Shown here one piece after another: positions 36,131 to 50,154 of a stretch of 64,000 nucleotides of DNA. The stretch comes from Tilletiaria anomala UBC 951 (taxonomy: Eukaryota). The notes beneath the pieces were generated by a model, which had not been told where the DNA came from, searched no databases, and was given only the letters and a program-made list of their open reading frames with translations. Positions within the stretch are counted from its first letter, which is position 1, and each line of letters begins with the position of its first letter. Both the position numbers and the translations under genes were made by a program. Location: positions 124,001 through 188,000 of the forward strand of contig NW_013547015.1 of assembly GCF_000711695.1 (NCBI RefSeq). Reading direction: 5' to 3'.

Positions 36131-39100
36131 GGTTTTGACGGCCGGTCCCAGCAACGGTCTCGGCACTTCGAAGCAGCCAGCGGTCGCAGAGACTGTATGA
36201 TCCTGGTCGTACCGGGAGAGTAATGGCTACTTCAGTATTTCTGCAATGACTGAGTCCAAGGATATGGCGTGCACGTGTGGCAGCGCGATGTCCAAAAAAG
36301 TTTGCGCCGCGTGTGTATTGTGCGAACGATGCGGGCGACCGAAAAAAGTTCACCCAGAGTGTTTCACGCCGTTCCGCCACATCCCGTTCCTTTCCTTCCC
36401 GAGACGATAAGAGGGCTGACGCGAGTACAGTAGGAAAGCTGTGCAGCAGGCACGCGGAGTGATCACCCCGTGTGCCTTTGCCCCCAACAAGGCCATGCTC
36501 CTCTACGAGCCAGCATCTTTCCTTGGTCTCAAGCAAGCGATGCATGCCTTCACATTTGAGTCTTAGCTTTTTGCACGTGTGGTCCCCCCACCACGCATCC
36601 TTCCAACAAATACGAGCAAGCAAACCACTGCTCTTACTCCACGCCGCCTCCATGCCCTGCTAATCTTTGCTCCTCGTCTGAATCGGCAGATCCTTGTTTA
36701 TGCCATGATCGTTTGGCCCTTCATAAACGCCTCAAAGACGAGTAGTCGCGCTCCTAGTCACCCCCTCTGCTGTCTTTCCCGCGCCCATCCTCTGTTCCGC
36801 TCACGTCGAGGGGGATGACAAGTGGTACTTACAGCTGTGGTGCAAATCGGAGTAGCAAGCAGCAAACAAAAGAATCCTCCTCGTCAATCTGATCCGACGA
36901 TAACAATAGCGCAGATTTGTGCGCTGGAGTCTGCCAGAGTCGTATGCCTGAGAAGCTTTTGCAACCTTGGTGAGGTGGAGGAGTCAGCGCCTTCCGCAAT
37001 AACGTATTGGCGAGGCCGGTGCTGCGGGACAAAGTCGGACTTGCTGCCGCTGCTCCTTGCAATGAGACGGCGGGACGAATGCTGCGGCAATGCTGACACG
37101 ACCTGGGAGAATGCACCTGAAGGATAGATGCAAAGAACCCCTTATGCCATGCATGTGCTGTGGTCGTGGACGCTTTGTGGGTAGGCTGCGATTTATGGGA
37201 TGAATGAGAACAAGGCTAACGGAGTGGTCGAGCCGGTCACCCAAAAAAAGAAAAAAGTGCGGGCGGCACGCAGCGCGGGCACGGCATCAGCCGCTGTGGT
37301 AGTCGCTATGCGAGACAAGCGGCCGCGTGACAAAGGTCCACAAAGGGGGGGCACTTGGCTGTAGGGGAGACAGGCGACTGGAGCACTCAGCACAGCAGCG
37401 CACATGTCCAACGAATTGAATTTCCTTGTCGGTTTTGGTGGGGACTGACACAACCCTAAATTCAGAACGATGTACCCACACCGCCCACATGCACACAAAC
37501 ATTGCTTGCGGTGTGGCTGGGCCGCTTGGGGCTGGGCACCTCTTATCAGAGACATTCGACGAAAATTGAGTGAGCCTCAGCGGAAGGTCTGAGAGCGGCT
37601 TTTGCAGATAGAAGCCAGGGAGACGCAGAGTGCTCAACTGCAGCTCCACCCTACACTGGCAGTCAGGGCTTCCAATGCAAATCGCACACGCACGCATCCC
37701 GCCAAGCTTTTTCCCTTGGACATATATGTCTGCCGTTATTGCTTCCCTGCACCATCCACCGGAATTCGGGGAGGAAATATCCGGTTCAGGTTGCTGAAGG
37801 ATCCCCCATGATTGTCTTATTTTTCGCCAATGCCTCAAACAATGCACAAATTCTTGGCATTCGCTGCAAAAGTGAGTCAACCAGCCAAGACTTGTCCAGG
37901 GCCGTTTGTTTCAATAATGCAGAAATGAAATTGTCGACGTGAGATCCAAGGAAGAAAGAAATGCGGGGAAACGGCGAAAGCTCCACGCGTGTTCCAGGAA
38001 TCAGGATGTCCCTGCCTTTTTTTTTTCTCCAACGTTTTCCCGCCTACTGTTTACATACAGGTATGTGCTGGATAGATCATCCGAGGTTGGTACACTCGGC
38101 AGGGTCTGAGAGGATCCGCTCTTCGGAAGCTTCGGTAGTCTAGCTTATCTGCGGTCAGCAAGGCCTGTGCACTACATGCTGACTATTATTTGTCGGCCAG
38201 CGTTCATGCGCCTCGGATGATTTACAAACGTAGGATACGACGAGTATGACAGCGGATGTCCGACCAAGGATGCTTTCGAATTGCCGCTGACGAGTGGAAG
38301 CAGGAAAACGAAGTTGTAGACACAGCTAGCGCGTGTTTATACACAGAGTTGAAGACTCCCGGGTCGAGATTATTAGCTGGTTGCCTGGATTGAATAGTTC
38401 TTCCTTGACCTTCCCATCCCATCCTGTCCAGACTGAGTCTTGAGGATTTGAAAGGCTTCGGACTGCTGGCAATCACCAACGATTGATACTTCGCCGTTCT
38501 CTTGTATCGGTACCATGTAAAGGCTGGTGTTGGTCAGTTGTGTCTACTGCTGTGGTCAGCCGTCCTCCTCTGAGTTCGACCGTCTATGAGAGATCCCTCA
38601 ATCGCGTGTTGCGTGCCTTGGGCGAATCGTGAAGGAAGAGGATGACCTTTTCTGATGACCGCACCGGCGCACCTATTCACACGCTATGACACGATGAACC
38701 CTTCCAGTCTTTAACAACACTTCGGCGTCTTGCCTTTTGTTCCTTTTGATCACAATAAACGATGGACAATTGGTTGCTTTTGCGTTCCCCTTGCACCCAA
38801 CTCAGTCCCAAAAAATAAATGCCTTTGGGGGGAACGCACGCCTGTCAAAAAGCGCGGTGTGGCAGTGGAACCTCTGTGGTACGCCACACGACAGTCGGCC
38901 CCGCCTGTCGGCCGGAGTCCCGGGGCTGCGCAGCCACAACGAGAGAGTCGACGTTTGCCTTCTTCGCGCCTTCCACTCCGTCCTCAACCAACACCTTCGA
39001 TTCTCCGTCCCTCGAAATTGGTCTAGCGTACTTTGTTCTCCGTTCTTCGCCACCTACCAACGCTCCTTGCAATTCTGGTCCACTCGGTAGCGGCCATCCA

Positions 39101-39372
39101 GTCCGGCAAACAAACAAGCTCCGTTCACTGCTTTATTCCCCGATCCTCTGTAAATTCTCGTGCTCTCTGCAGTCCTGCGCCGAGCACCGAAAGCTCCATT
39201 CCGCAGTTCCCTATCAGCTGGTCATCGTCCAACAAACAGCTTCTCGCTTTTCTTTCAACTCACAACCAAGAGCAGACCTTACCACTCTTTGTCAATCGCG
39301 CGAGCAGAAATCTCGACTGACCATAGCTTCCGGTGTATAGTCTAGGCGTTCAACACCTACCCGAGCGCCGCT

Positions 39373-41453
39373 ATGACCATCTCCACAGCAGCAGCATCTT
39401 CACTGTCCACGTCATTCCAAGCGCCGCCACAGCGAGCGCACGCCAGCCTTCGCACAGGTGGGGCTGCCCAGCAAGCTGTATCCTTTGACCCACCATTGTG
39501 GCTTCAAAGGCAGGAATGGCTGCTCACGACGCTGCGCAACAACAATGCCAAGACTATCCTCGACATTGGCTGTGGGGAGGGGAAAGTTCTTGCTGCCCTG
39601 GCAAGACCTCCGCTTCATGTCGACGGTTTCCCGCTCGAGAGGTTCCCCAATCTCGCTGAACAAGCAGCTTCCTCCACGGCTGCCATGGGCTCTTTACGCA
39701 TAAGCAACGAGGTGCAGCCAACAGCAGAGGGCAAGTATCTGGAATCTCCCAGACTCCCTTCCAATCATTGGATCTTTCGAGCGCCAGAGCTGTCACCGAG
39801 CAAGCTCACAGGCTTGGACATGTCGGAGGAGGACTTGGGCGATGCCAAAGCAACAATCGAGAACGTCATCATGCAGGTGGAGAACAGCTCCGAGGAGGTC
39901 CGCTGGGATCCGATCTGCGTATCATTGCTCAAAGGCAACCTCGCGCAGTACAATGAAGCGCTCAAACGCTACGATGCCATCATTGCAACAGAAGTGTGAG
40001 TTCGAGCCTGCAGTTTCACTTCATCGATGGAACAACATAAGCTCATCGCTCAGATCTACACGACAGTATCGAGCACCTCGACGAAGCCATCCTGCACGCA
40101 TTCGCACCCTCAGTGCTCGGCCGTCTCCAGCCGGCCCTGTGCTTGATTACCACACCCAACTACTCCTTCCATGTGCACTTCAACCGTGACCCCGCAAAGG
40201 AAGGGGAACCTGGGTTCCTTGATCCGACAGGCAAGACTGCGCGACGCTTCCGTCATTCCGACCACAAGTTCGAATGGACGACATCAGAATTCCGGCAGTG
40301 GTGCAACCGGGTGGCGCAAGAATATGGCTACGATGTCGAAGTAAGCGGCGTAGGGCAGGCAATCTATCCTGCGGGCGTCAAAGCAGAGGAGAGGGCACGG
40401 GCCAAGGATGCAAGCGACGAAATCGGGGTGGATATCAATTCCGATGACGAGGACTCGATCAAATTTGCAAGTCAAGTTGCGCTCTTCAAGCGCAAGCAGC
40501 GCAACCGCTCGCCCAAGGTAGACGCTGCTGGCCATGAGGATGAAGGGTCTTCAGCCTCGCTCAGCAAAGACATGAGCGCCTCTACTTCTGAGAGCGAGAG
40601 TTCAGCCTCCAGTCGTCGGCCATCTCTCCGAGGTGGGCGCAGGAGGGCCAGATCACGGCAGCCCGAGCATCTGCCATTCCTCAGCGACATGTCACGCACG
40701 CCGGATGCAGTGCACCAGGCGATCTTCGAAAGTAGCGACACGAGCCCACTCGAGTCATCCATATCGACGTTGCACTCTTCCACCAGCGAGACCAGCCCCG
40801 GGCGCGATGCCGATCTGTCGAGCTCAGTGGCCAGCCTGAGGAAAGATGGCTCCCCTTGCAGCGTGCATCAGCTCATCTACGAACGTCACTTGCCTGGCTA
40901 TTTGGACGGAGATTGGTCCACGAGACATCGAGCCGGCGAAGACCCCCGAGCCGGCGGTGCAGTCACTGCGTCTCCTGCAGGCGCATTCGACAAGTGCGCA
41001 GAGAACATCAAAGAGGAAGTGCTCGACCAGATGGATGCGCTGGCGTCACCATTGATAGCAGGCGATCAGAAGTTCATTGCTGCACGCCTGTGGGACATTT
41101 GGATCGACACTCGAGTGCGCCTTGCATGCGAAGGACGCTTGAACGCACTCGTGGAAGCACTGCAGCTGCGTTCTGCGCCTTCGTCCGCGTTCGACACGCT
41201 TGGTGGCATTGGCACGATCGTCGGCACATCACCGAACGGCGATTGGACACTAAGAATCGCCACAGAGGCAGCGATACGCAGCGCATCAGCGGCGGGCGCT
41301 GCAGGCGCCAATGACCTCTGGCTGTTCCACAAGGGCGCGCAGCTGGGCGACTGGGAATTGGCGCCTCCCAGTGACATGCACGCAGGACCTGCAGAGGCCG
41401 TGCCTGTCTCGCGTGCAACTGGGTCACGCGAGTCAGCCACTAGTTGGGAGTGA
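39373..41453 (+). CDS. HEN1: Small RNA 2'-O-methyltransferase
   Basis: FDPPLWLQR (FxPP motif), ILDIGCGEG, DAIIATEV|IEHL, ITTPN, FRHSDHKFEWT are all HEN1 MTase motifs. One intron at about 39996-40066. Confidence 0.92.
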
Positions 41454-41950
41454 CGCCTTAGCAGACACTACGAAACATCACGACATTTGTGCATTCAACG
41501 ACAGTAGGCAGCGGAGAAACATACAAGGAACCTATCAGCAGCCCAGAAGGAGCAAAATGACCAAAACAGATCTGACTCAGATTCGTTTGATAATCCTCTC
41601 ACAATCTTATTCTTCAACATGAACGTTATGCCACGAACACGGACCCCTTTAAGGAAGGCAGATTTCCTCTGCTCGTCACAAGGATCCATTCTGCTCCACT
41701 CTTGAAGCCTTTTGTGGTCCACGCCACCCATCAATCGATCCAGTACACGACTGGCCTTATTCATGTCAGGCCGTATTCTGTCGCACTACCTCCCAGCCCA
41801 GCGCCCATTCGCGCACAAAATTTGTACTTCTCGCCATTCCTACAACAATACACGTGTGCCATGGCTCATGCGTTTTCTCCTTAATCTAGCTGGATGGAAT
41901 TCTTATCATTGTGTAAAACAATACGGCTCCAACCACCTTACACAGTTCCT

Positions 41951-44068
41951 TCACGAAAGGAAGCCGCGCACGCTCTTACCCACAGAAGCGGTGTCGAGTC
42001 TGTTGCAAAGAATGGGGTGGGCGATGCATCCAGCAGTAGCTCGGACAAAACACCATAACGAAAACGCCTCAACAAACTCACAAGAAACTGTCATGACCGT
42101 GCGGCGCGTCAATCTCGTAGTAGCTGACCTGCTCGTTGCCGATGCGCCTCAGGCATTCCGCGAGCTCGCGCTGCTGCTCGACGGGGAAGAGGATGTCGCT
42201 CTGCACGCCGATCACCAACGTCGGCTTGTCGCGCAGGTTGATGAGTCCGCGCGCGAGAGCGGGCACGTAGGCGTGCGCCGAGGGCGAGTAGAGCGTCGAA
42301 ATGTGCTGCCGCTTCGCTTTGGCATGGTTGCGCTTGCCGACAACCTGCGGCATCAGCAACTCTGCTTCTTGCTCGGCTTCGTCCTGCTCTTCCTCCTCCG
42401 CCTCGATCGCGTGCTGCAGGTCCTGCAGCACATCTGACTCCTTTTCGCCCTTCTCGATGCGCTCGCGAATCATCTTGCGGCGCTCCAGATCTCGCAGCGC
42501 GTAGTCACTCATGTCGAATAAGTCCATGGCCTTGGAGATGTAGATGAGCGAGTTTGCATCGTACTTGAGGCAGAACTGCTCGCCCTGGTGATCAAGATAC
42601 GTCTCGATCAGAAAATCAGGGCACAGCGCTGGATCTGCTTCCAGCGGCGCAGTTGCGCTGGTAGTAGAAGTAGTGGAGCTAGCAGACGATGGGGGATGTG
42701 GCATGCTGGGTCGCCGGCGCTGGCGACCGAATCGTTGCTCCCACTCTGGGCCCGAGCGGTACGTGATGGTGGCGATCTGTCGCGCAAGTTTCATACCTGT
42801 ATGAGGTGGCAGCTGGCCATCGTCATAGTAAAAGCCGCGGTTCCAGTTTGGGTCGGCCATTAGCACTGCCAAAGGAACGTGCAAATTGATGCGTCAGGTC
42901 CCTCCTTCGCGATGCTTGCTCTTGCAAACTCACCGCTCCGTTGGGCATAGCGCAGTGCAATGCTACTTGGTGCGCTCCTTGCGCATCCACTGATACTGAC
43001 CACTTGGCCGACACGCTCCGGGGCAAGGTGGGCCGCAGCGATACTCTGCATTCCACCCATGCTGCTTCCCACGCTCGCGTACAGGTGGTCGATCCCCAGA
43101 TGATCCAACAACAGGAACTGCGCCCGCACCATGTCAAAAACGCTCAAAATGGGAAAGCGCGTACCCCACGCTCCGTCCTCGCCCTCGCTCTTTCCCTCTT
43201 CGACCGGATAAGGACTGCTTGGACCGGTGGACCCATAGCAGCCTCCGAGCACGTTGGTGCAGATGACAAAGTACTTTTCCGTATCAAGAGCCTTGCCCGG
43301 CCCGATAAAGTCCTGCCACCATCCCCTGCTCGGGTTCTGCGGCGTTGACGCGGCGTGGCTCGACGCGCTGAGACCAGTGTGGAGGAGGATGACGTTATCT
43401 TTGGATGGCGAGAGCTCGCCCCATGTCTCGTACGCCAGTTGGAAAGACGGGAGAACTCCACCATAGTCTAATGCCAAAGGTTGTGAGTGGTGGAACAGCG
43501 AATAGCCGGAGACCACATTGGAGTATACAGGCTCCTTGACGCCCTGGGTGCTGCCTTGCCCTGCACTCGTTGCTGCCGAGGCATCAGCAGCAGCGGAAGT
43601 GGAACGTTTGAGAAGCGGCGCTTGCGAGCGCAGCTTTTGCGCTCGGGCCTCGTTGGCGTCCAGACAAGGGAAAGCCAGAGAAGGGTTCACGGACGATGTC
43701 CCTGGCGATTCTGTGGAGGAAATGGTGCTGGTGTCTGATGCAGAGCGACGGTGCTGCTCCGTCGTTTGTGCCGCCGCTTGCACTGCTCTCTGTCGAAGCC
43801 TTTCACCTCGCGCCTCATTTGCGTCAACGCATGGGAAGGACGGAACCTGACTGCGTGAAAAGCTAGCGGCAGTCGCGCGCGAAGTCGAAGTGAATATCCC
43901 TCGCGCCATGGGCGAAGCTTCCATAGGGGACTGCCAAAGGACATCCTTTCTTGTGCGTCGCGCGAATGCCCCATGACCTGATCCGAACACCTTACCGATG
44001 AGCTCCATGCCCCCCTCCGCGGCAGGCAACGATGCCGCAAGCGGCCTAGCAGCACGAGCCAGCGACAT
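41951..44068 (-). CDS. MetX-family acyltransferase, most like serine O-succinyl/acetyltransferase (Cys2/CysA type) with mitochondrial-type presequence
   Basis: LAYETWG...[33 protein letters not shown] nucleophile, [48 protein letters not shown]. Confidence 0.88.
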
Positions 44069-44506
44069 GGTCCGGCAAGCTCGGATCCCCGTGTAGCCCC
44101 TGAGATTTTAGAATGGTCTATGCGTTTGTTGCGATATGCTCGTCCTTATGCGAAGGAGGGGTCCATTCGAAGGAGGCTGTAATGATGGGACTGGTTCATA
44201 GTCGGAGTTAACAGGATGGCGTGCTGATCCTGACTACGGGACCATGCAGACTGCGGTAAGGTGCCTGACTACAGTTTTCTTTTTCTTTCTTTCTTTATTT
44301 CTCGCTGGAAGAGTATTTAAGGATGGTGCTTGGATCACTCGCCCTGACACCATCAGCACATGCATGGTGCTGCTGACTATCTGCATGCTCTATGGTTCTA
44401 CATCCCGGGGATGCCGCTGTGAAGAGTTGACTGAGAGAGCCCTCCCTTGACCGTGCCGAATCCCTTCACCGACTGATCAGAGAGGGAGAGAGATAACGCC
44501 GGCAAG

Positions 44507-45477
44507 ATGGTGCAGTGAGTGATGTGTTAAGTCACAGTGACTTTGTCGGGGATGCTGCTGACGTGGGCCATGCTCTTGTACTTCCTTTCTCGCCGACAAC
44601 TGTGCAACCTGCCTACTGATGGTATCATGGTCAGCGCTGATGCTGCTACTATCCCGGATGGGGTAAAGTCGAAAGCAGAGTTCTATGACCATCTCCACGC
44701 ACAGCTCAGCTCCCTGTTGGACGGCCAACGAAACTGGGTGACAAATTTGTCCAATGCATCCTCCATCATCTATGCCTCCCTCAATCGCTTTCAGCAACGC
44801 CTCGCAAAATCGCAACAAGGCTACCAGGCAAAAACGGTCAACTGGGCCGGCTTCTACCTCCTCTCGCCCCTCTTTCCCACCTCGGATGCCCCCGCTTCCT
44901 CCGTTTCCTCAACCACCAAACCACTTTTGAGACCGACCCTGTGGCTTGGACCATTTTGCGGCTTACCAGCATGCCAGAAGATCAATAGCGTACCTGGGAG
45001 AGGCGTCTGCGCTGATGCAAGCGCTTTGCTGCCGCCGCGGGCGGTCCGTGTCGATCGCACGGACGATTACCGTGAGTGCATTTCCTTCGATATACCGGTG
45101 ACCGTTCCGCACATGTCACACTCGGCGTACCTGACCATTTATCTATGTCTTACCGTTTCTCCTTCCCAAACTGTGAATTTACGCCCCCCACTGCTTGCTC
45201 CCCTCTCACAGCTGGTCACATCGCATGCGACAGCGCCTCACAGTCCGAGATCGTCATCCCGCTCGTCATTTCGCGCTCTTCGCACCTCTCGCGACAGCAC
45301 GTCGACGCGCTCTCCAGTGTGGAAGTGCCGATCGAATGGCAAGGCCGTGGCAACGACGACGAAGTCATCATTGGTGTATTGGATATCGACTGCGAGCAGG
45401 TTGAAGGTTTCGATAAGGACGACGAAGACGGTCTGACAAGGATAACTAAGCTCATCGCCACCAGTTGTGACTGGTAG
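44507..45477 (+). CDS. Free methionine-(R)-sulfoxide reductase (GAF domain)
   Basis: MVH|ADA...RNWVTNLSNASS...VNWAGFY...LGPFCGLPACQ...GRGVC...Y|PGHIACDSASQSEIVIP...IGVLDIDC...FDKDD. 8-nt first coding exon. Confidence 0.9.
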
Positions 45478-45986
45478 GCGCACCCAAATTTGAAGCTTAC
45501 CCAATTCCATTCTCAGCATCGTGCTTCCTAAGAATCAAAGATTGTATAGAAATATGTAGATGTTTTCTTTCGGGACTCGTAATAAGCTACACTAAAAGTA
45601 TCTAGAAAGAGTGACAAACGAGTCTTCAAAATGTCCGACAGTCCGCGCGAACAGGGCTAGAAGATGGGGGGCTTAGATGTTCGCGAAAAGATGCATGGGA
45701 TACAGTCGGATACGTGCGAGGTTCGGGAGAAGGGATTAAACCAAGGCAGGCCCAGTCCAGACGAGTCAATCGAGGACGGTCAGAGAGATGAGGGGAAGGA
45801 ATCGTGCTTGAAGGTCGGAGCGTGAGTCTGAAATGCTAGGCGGTGTCTGGATTGCGAAAGCCGGTGCGAAAGGTGGCCCCCCACAAAGCGACTCTTGAAA
45901 TAGATGCGGTCGGGTATACAGTGCGTCGTTCTCGCGTGCTGGTATACGCTGCTGATGTGTAAAGATCGTCTCTTTCTCTCTTGTTT

Positions 45987-48900
45987 TTATTGCGGTAAGT
46001 TGCCTGAGTAGCTGAAAGTTGCAAGCAGCCTTTCGATGTACTCGTCGGACGGCGCCTCGCCAATCTGTCCCATGAACTGACCGCTCTGGGTCTGCATCAT
46101 GCCGTCGCCGCCACCACCGCTCAAGTTGAGCTGCAGACTGTTGGACGTAGGCAGGCCAGCGTCCATGCCGGAAGACTGAAATGTCGGCATGGACTGGCTG
46201 GCAGTGAGAGGGTACGAGGTGTAGGCCTGTCCTTGCGAATTGGTTGGCTGTTGCGGATGCTGCTGCGCTCCATGCGCCTGCACAGCAAAGTCAAAGACGA
46301 CCGGCGACGTCAGATCAAAGCCCTGCGCGGCCCAGGCCCTGGCGAGTCGTTCGCGCTGCGCCTTGGCATCCTCCTCAACCGGCATTGGCGGCGGCTCCAG
46401 CGGCGTCTGCACGACTTGAGGGAAAGGAGTGATCGGCGTGCGCATGGCACGCTGTTGCATCATGCCCCATGCGCCTACACTGAAGTCAGTCGAGCCCGTA
46501 GACGGACCAAGTGAGGCGCTCGCATGGCCGGTCAGGTCAATGTCTTGGTGCCTGCCTTGTTGAAGGTGTAACGGCGTAGGGGGGATGGTGACGACCAGGT
46601 TGGGCTTGTTGATCGACATACCTCTTTTGCGGAGCAGAGTAGGCATCCCAACTTCTGCCGCAGACTTGGTCTCCAGGCCTTGAATGCCAAGAGGCGCGGG
46701 TGAGTACAGATGAGCATGCGCTTCGACACCCAGCTGCTTCGATCGATGAAGTTGTTGTTGTTGTTGATGGTATTGCTGTTGTTGTGCAGGCATCGCATTG
46801 GCGGCAAGAAGATGCAAGTTGCCAGGCGCGCTATTGGTGGCCATCATGCCAGTGGAACTAGCAAGGGCTCCTTGCGTAGTGACATTTTGCAGAAGCGAAC
46901 TGGAGTTTGTCGAGGACGTGCGAAGAAGCCTACTAGCTTCGTCGCTCCTCGGCGAGCTCTCGGTGTAAACGACCTGCGGCACATTGAGCTTCATTGCGAT
47001 CGACTGTGCCGCTGCGGCGGCCGTCGCATCGTTGTCCCTCCTCACGTTGTTAGCGCGCTCAGACGAAGCCTCGAACGGCAACGCCTTGGTGGCAGCAAAA
47101 GGGGACGGAGAGAGGCTGCAGACGCTTGCGGTGGGCGAAGGGCGTGCAGAGCCCATGAGGATGCTGACTTGCGGTGTGCCGGCCTTCGTACCGAGGCTCT
47201 CGACGCACTCGAGGTCCCAGGCGATGACGAGGACTACATCGCCAACAGCGCTGCCAGGGCTAACGTGCTGGTCGTCTTCGCCGTGGAAGACTGCTTCGCG
47301 AGAGCTGCGCGCCTTGTCTTCTGAGGCGATGACAAACTCTTGAATAATCGTGACGCCAGCAACGGCCATACCGAGCGCGGCGCGCTCGCTGGGCTCTTTG
47401 CCGAATGATGGCGACGGATTGCGCTTGTTGTAGACGTTGACCGGGTGGCTGCGGCTGAGGAAATCAGCCCAGAAGTCTGTGGCAAAAGGCGCTTGGTGAC
47501 AGAAGTTATGCCGCTTGGCATCATCACCGCCAGACGTGCCAGTGTTGTTGCTGCTGGCGCTGCTGCTGCCACCGTTATTTTTGAGCCCTGCGATCCGACG
47601 CGGTGCCTCGAGAGGTTCGACGAGCGACAAGACGCGCTTGCCATGCGAGTAGACGGTCGTGACGCTGGTCAGACGGTATTCCTGCAAGCTGGTCAGCGAG
47701 AGTTGCGTGCTGAATTGGTCGAACTGCGGCAGGAAGACGTCGGCGCGGGGCACGGAGAGAGGGACGTGAATGTAGAGGAACTGGCAGGGTAGACGCTGGT
47801 ACATCTCCGCGAGTTTCGGATACCTGATGTGGCCTAGACGGATGGCGTCCATCGGCATGCGCGAGGTGATCGTCGTGTTGTTATTGCCGCTGGTCGCACC
47901 GTTGGTATCCAAGGACGAGTAGACGTGCTTGTCCTCGCTGTCGCTGCAGTGGACCCAGATGGAAAAGCTGGCAGGCAGGATGGAGCACGGTGTCTGCTTT
48001 GTACCTTTGTCGAAGGGTGGGAGAAGCTCCAGGTTGCCAAAGGCGTTGGTCATGGAGCCAGTGGCTGAAACCGGAGTGCTGATACCGGGTAGGTTGCCAC
48101 TTCCGTTAACGTCGTGCGGGCTGTAAGGTGAGAGGAGACCGCCAGAGGCGATGCCATCGTATGCGGTGAGGCCTGTCAAGCCACCGTACCCGTAGCTAGC
48201 GAGCATTTGAGCATACATCATGCCTCCAGCGGGAATGTAGAAGTCTTCCTCAGTCTTGGGCTCCGCAATGAGCTGTTGGAACTCAGGATCGTCCTTCTTG
48301 ACATTCTTTAGCACCTGAATATGACTCGAGACTTGTTTCCTCGTGCGCGATTTGCCTGTCTTGCGCTCAATGTAATCGGCAATGAGCTCATTGCGCCCAC
48401 ATGGCTTACCGTGGACCAAGACCTTGCGGCGTCCGAGTTTGGGAATCATGCGGAGGGCTGTATCGCCGCATTCACGGGGCGGGAGGCGGGTCATAAGAAT
48501 CAGCTAAGGATTCAATGTAAAAGCATCGTTGGAAGTGTTGCAATGTATGCTCACCCTCCCAGAAAGCGACCTCGACATCATCGGGCCAGACATCAGCCGC
48601 GGTATTGGTCGGTGCCTTTGCGCTCTTCTCCACCTCCTCCGCCTTGCTGACATTGGCACTTGCACTGACCGAAGTGGGGATCGAAATGGTGGTGGTAGGC
48701 GGCCTGGGGACAATGGTGATGAATGGCGAGCCGCTACGGGGCGAGTCCTTCTGCTGCTGATTCTGCTTTGAGTCTTGTTTGTGTGGCTCAGGCTGGATGT
48801 GGAGCTGCGGCTGAGATGAAGGTTTCAATATATCACCATCAGAAGCGCTGCGTGCGACCATCAACAGTTCTCCCGCGTTGAAGCCTGAGAGTAAGCCACT

Positions 48901-50154
48901 ATTCAGAGCACCAGAGAACGAGAGGCGTCTGTTGGCTGTGCGAGCAGCCTTCGCAGCCGAATCCTCGTTGTCGTCGTCTCCATCCTCTGCGACGTCACCG
49001 TTTGCGCTGGAGCCGACACTGCGATTTTTGCCACTCTTTTTCAGACGGTCACCCAGGGTGCCGTTGCCGCCATCGATGCTTGTGTTATTGAAAGAACGCT
49101 GAAGGCCGAAACTGACACCACCAGAAGACATGATGGTCGTGCTAGGAGTGTCGTTGATCGAGTTCTCACGGTGGCCGCTGAGCTCGCTATACGTGCCTGC
49201 GCCACGGCTGCTGCAGCTGCTGCCGCCGGAAGCTGCCTCAACACTGTTCATGAGCTGACGCTGCTGCATCTGCTTCCAGATGTTTTGATTCGGAGGCGTC
49301 TGCTGCAGTAGTTGCTCGAGCGTCAGCTCTCCGCTTTCGACAGGACCGTTGCTGTGTGCGCTGGCTTGATCTGGCTGAAAGGACATGCGCCGACGTTTGC
49401 CGTCATCCTGCGATGGTGTGCCGTTGAGTGAACTGTAATCAAGTTGTTGACTTTGGCGCTGCGCTTGCTGGCCCCCAGAGGCACGGTGACCGACGTTGGG
49501 CGAAAGGCTGACGGTGAGACGCGGCGGTGATAGCAAGAAGCCAGGGCTGCTACCAAGAAGCGGAATGTCTTCCGAGGCCTTTCTGTTGCTGCCGTCGGCT
49601 CCGCCACCCCTTGTCGTCAGAGTAAATGCGCCATTGTCGCCCGCAAGATTGGATGCGGAGGACTGCATTTGCGTTGGCATGAGTGGCTGCAGGCTATGTC
49701 TGCGACCGTCTGATCCGTTGCGAGTGTGGCCAAGCCTCTTGCCGAGGCTGACAGCGCTGCTGGTCATGCCGTTGTTGCACCCCATAGAGTTGGACATAGC
49801 GGAGGGAAAATCAAGTGCGGCAGCAAGGGACGAGGCATCGCACGCACTCGCACTCTTGGGTCTCTCGGTAGGTGGATGAGAAGCGAAAATCCAGGAAGAG
49901 GCATCATCCGCGTCGCCTCCACTGGCGGTGAACGAAGCAAAAGCAGCGCTGGCGGTAGAGATGGACGCAGGCAGGAAGAGATCATCCTTTGCCAGGTTGC
50001 TAAGGTTGCCCGATGGCAGCGTGTGTGTCCCGTTGTCGGGCGTGCAGAGATGGCTGCTCGTCCCGGTCGACGAAGAGCTGGTCGATTCGGACGAGGTCGG
50101 GGATGGAAAGAGATTGTTACGAACCGCATTCGGCGAGGAAAGCAGGGTGTCCAT
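45987..50154 (-). CDS. TEA/ATTS-domain transcription factor (Tec1/AbaA family)
   Basis: [64 protein letters not shown]. One intron near 48460-48555. Confidence 0.93.

Noticed and set aside
36200..39340. Several 100-200 aa ORFs between the C2H2 gene and HEN1
   Set aside because: No protein-like motifs; the region looks like divergent promoters and long 5' UTRs (a 3' splice site ends near 39340).
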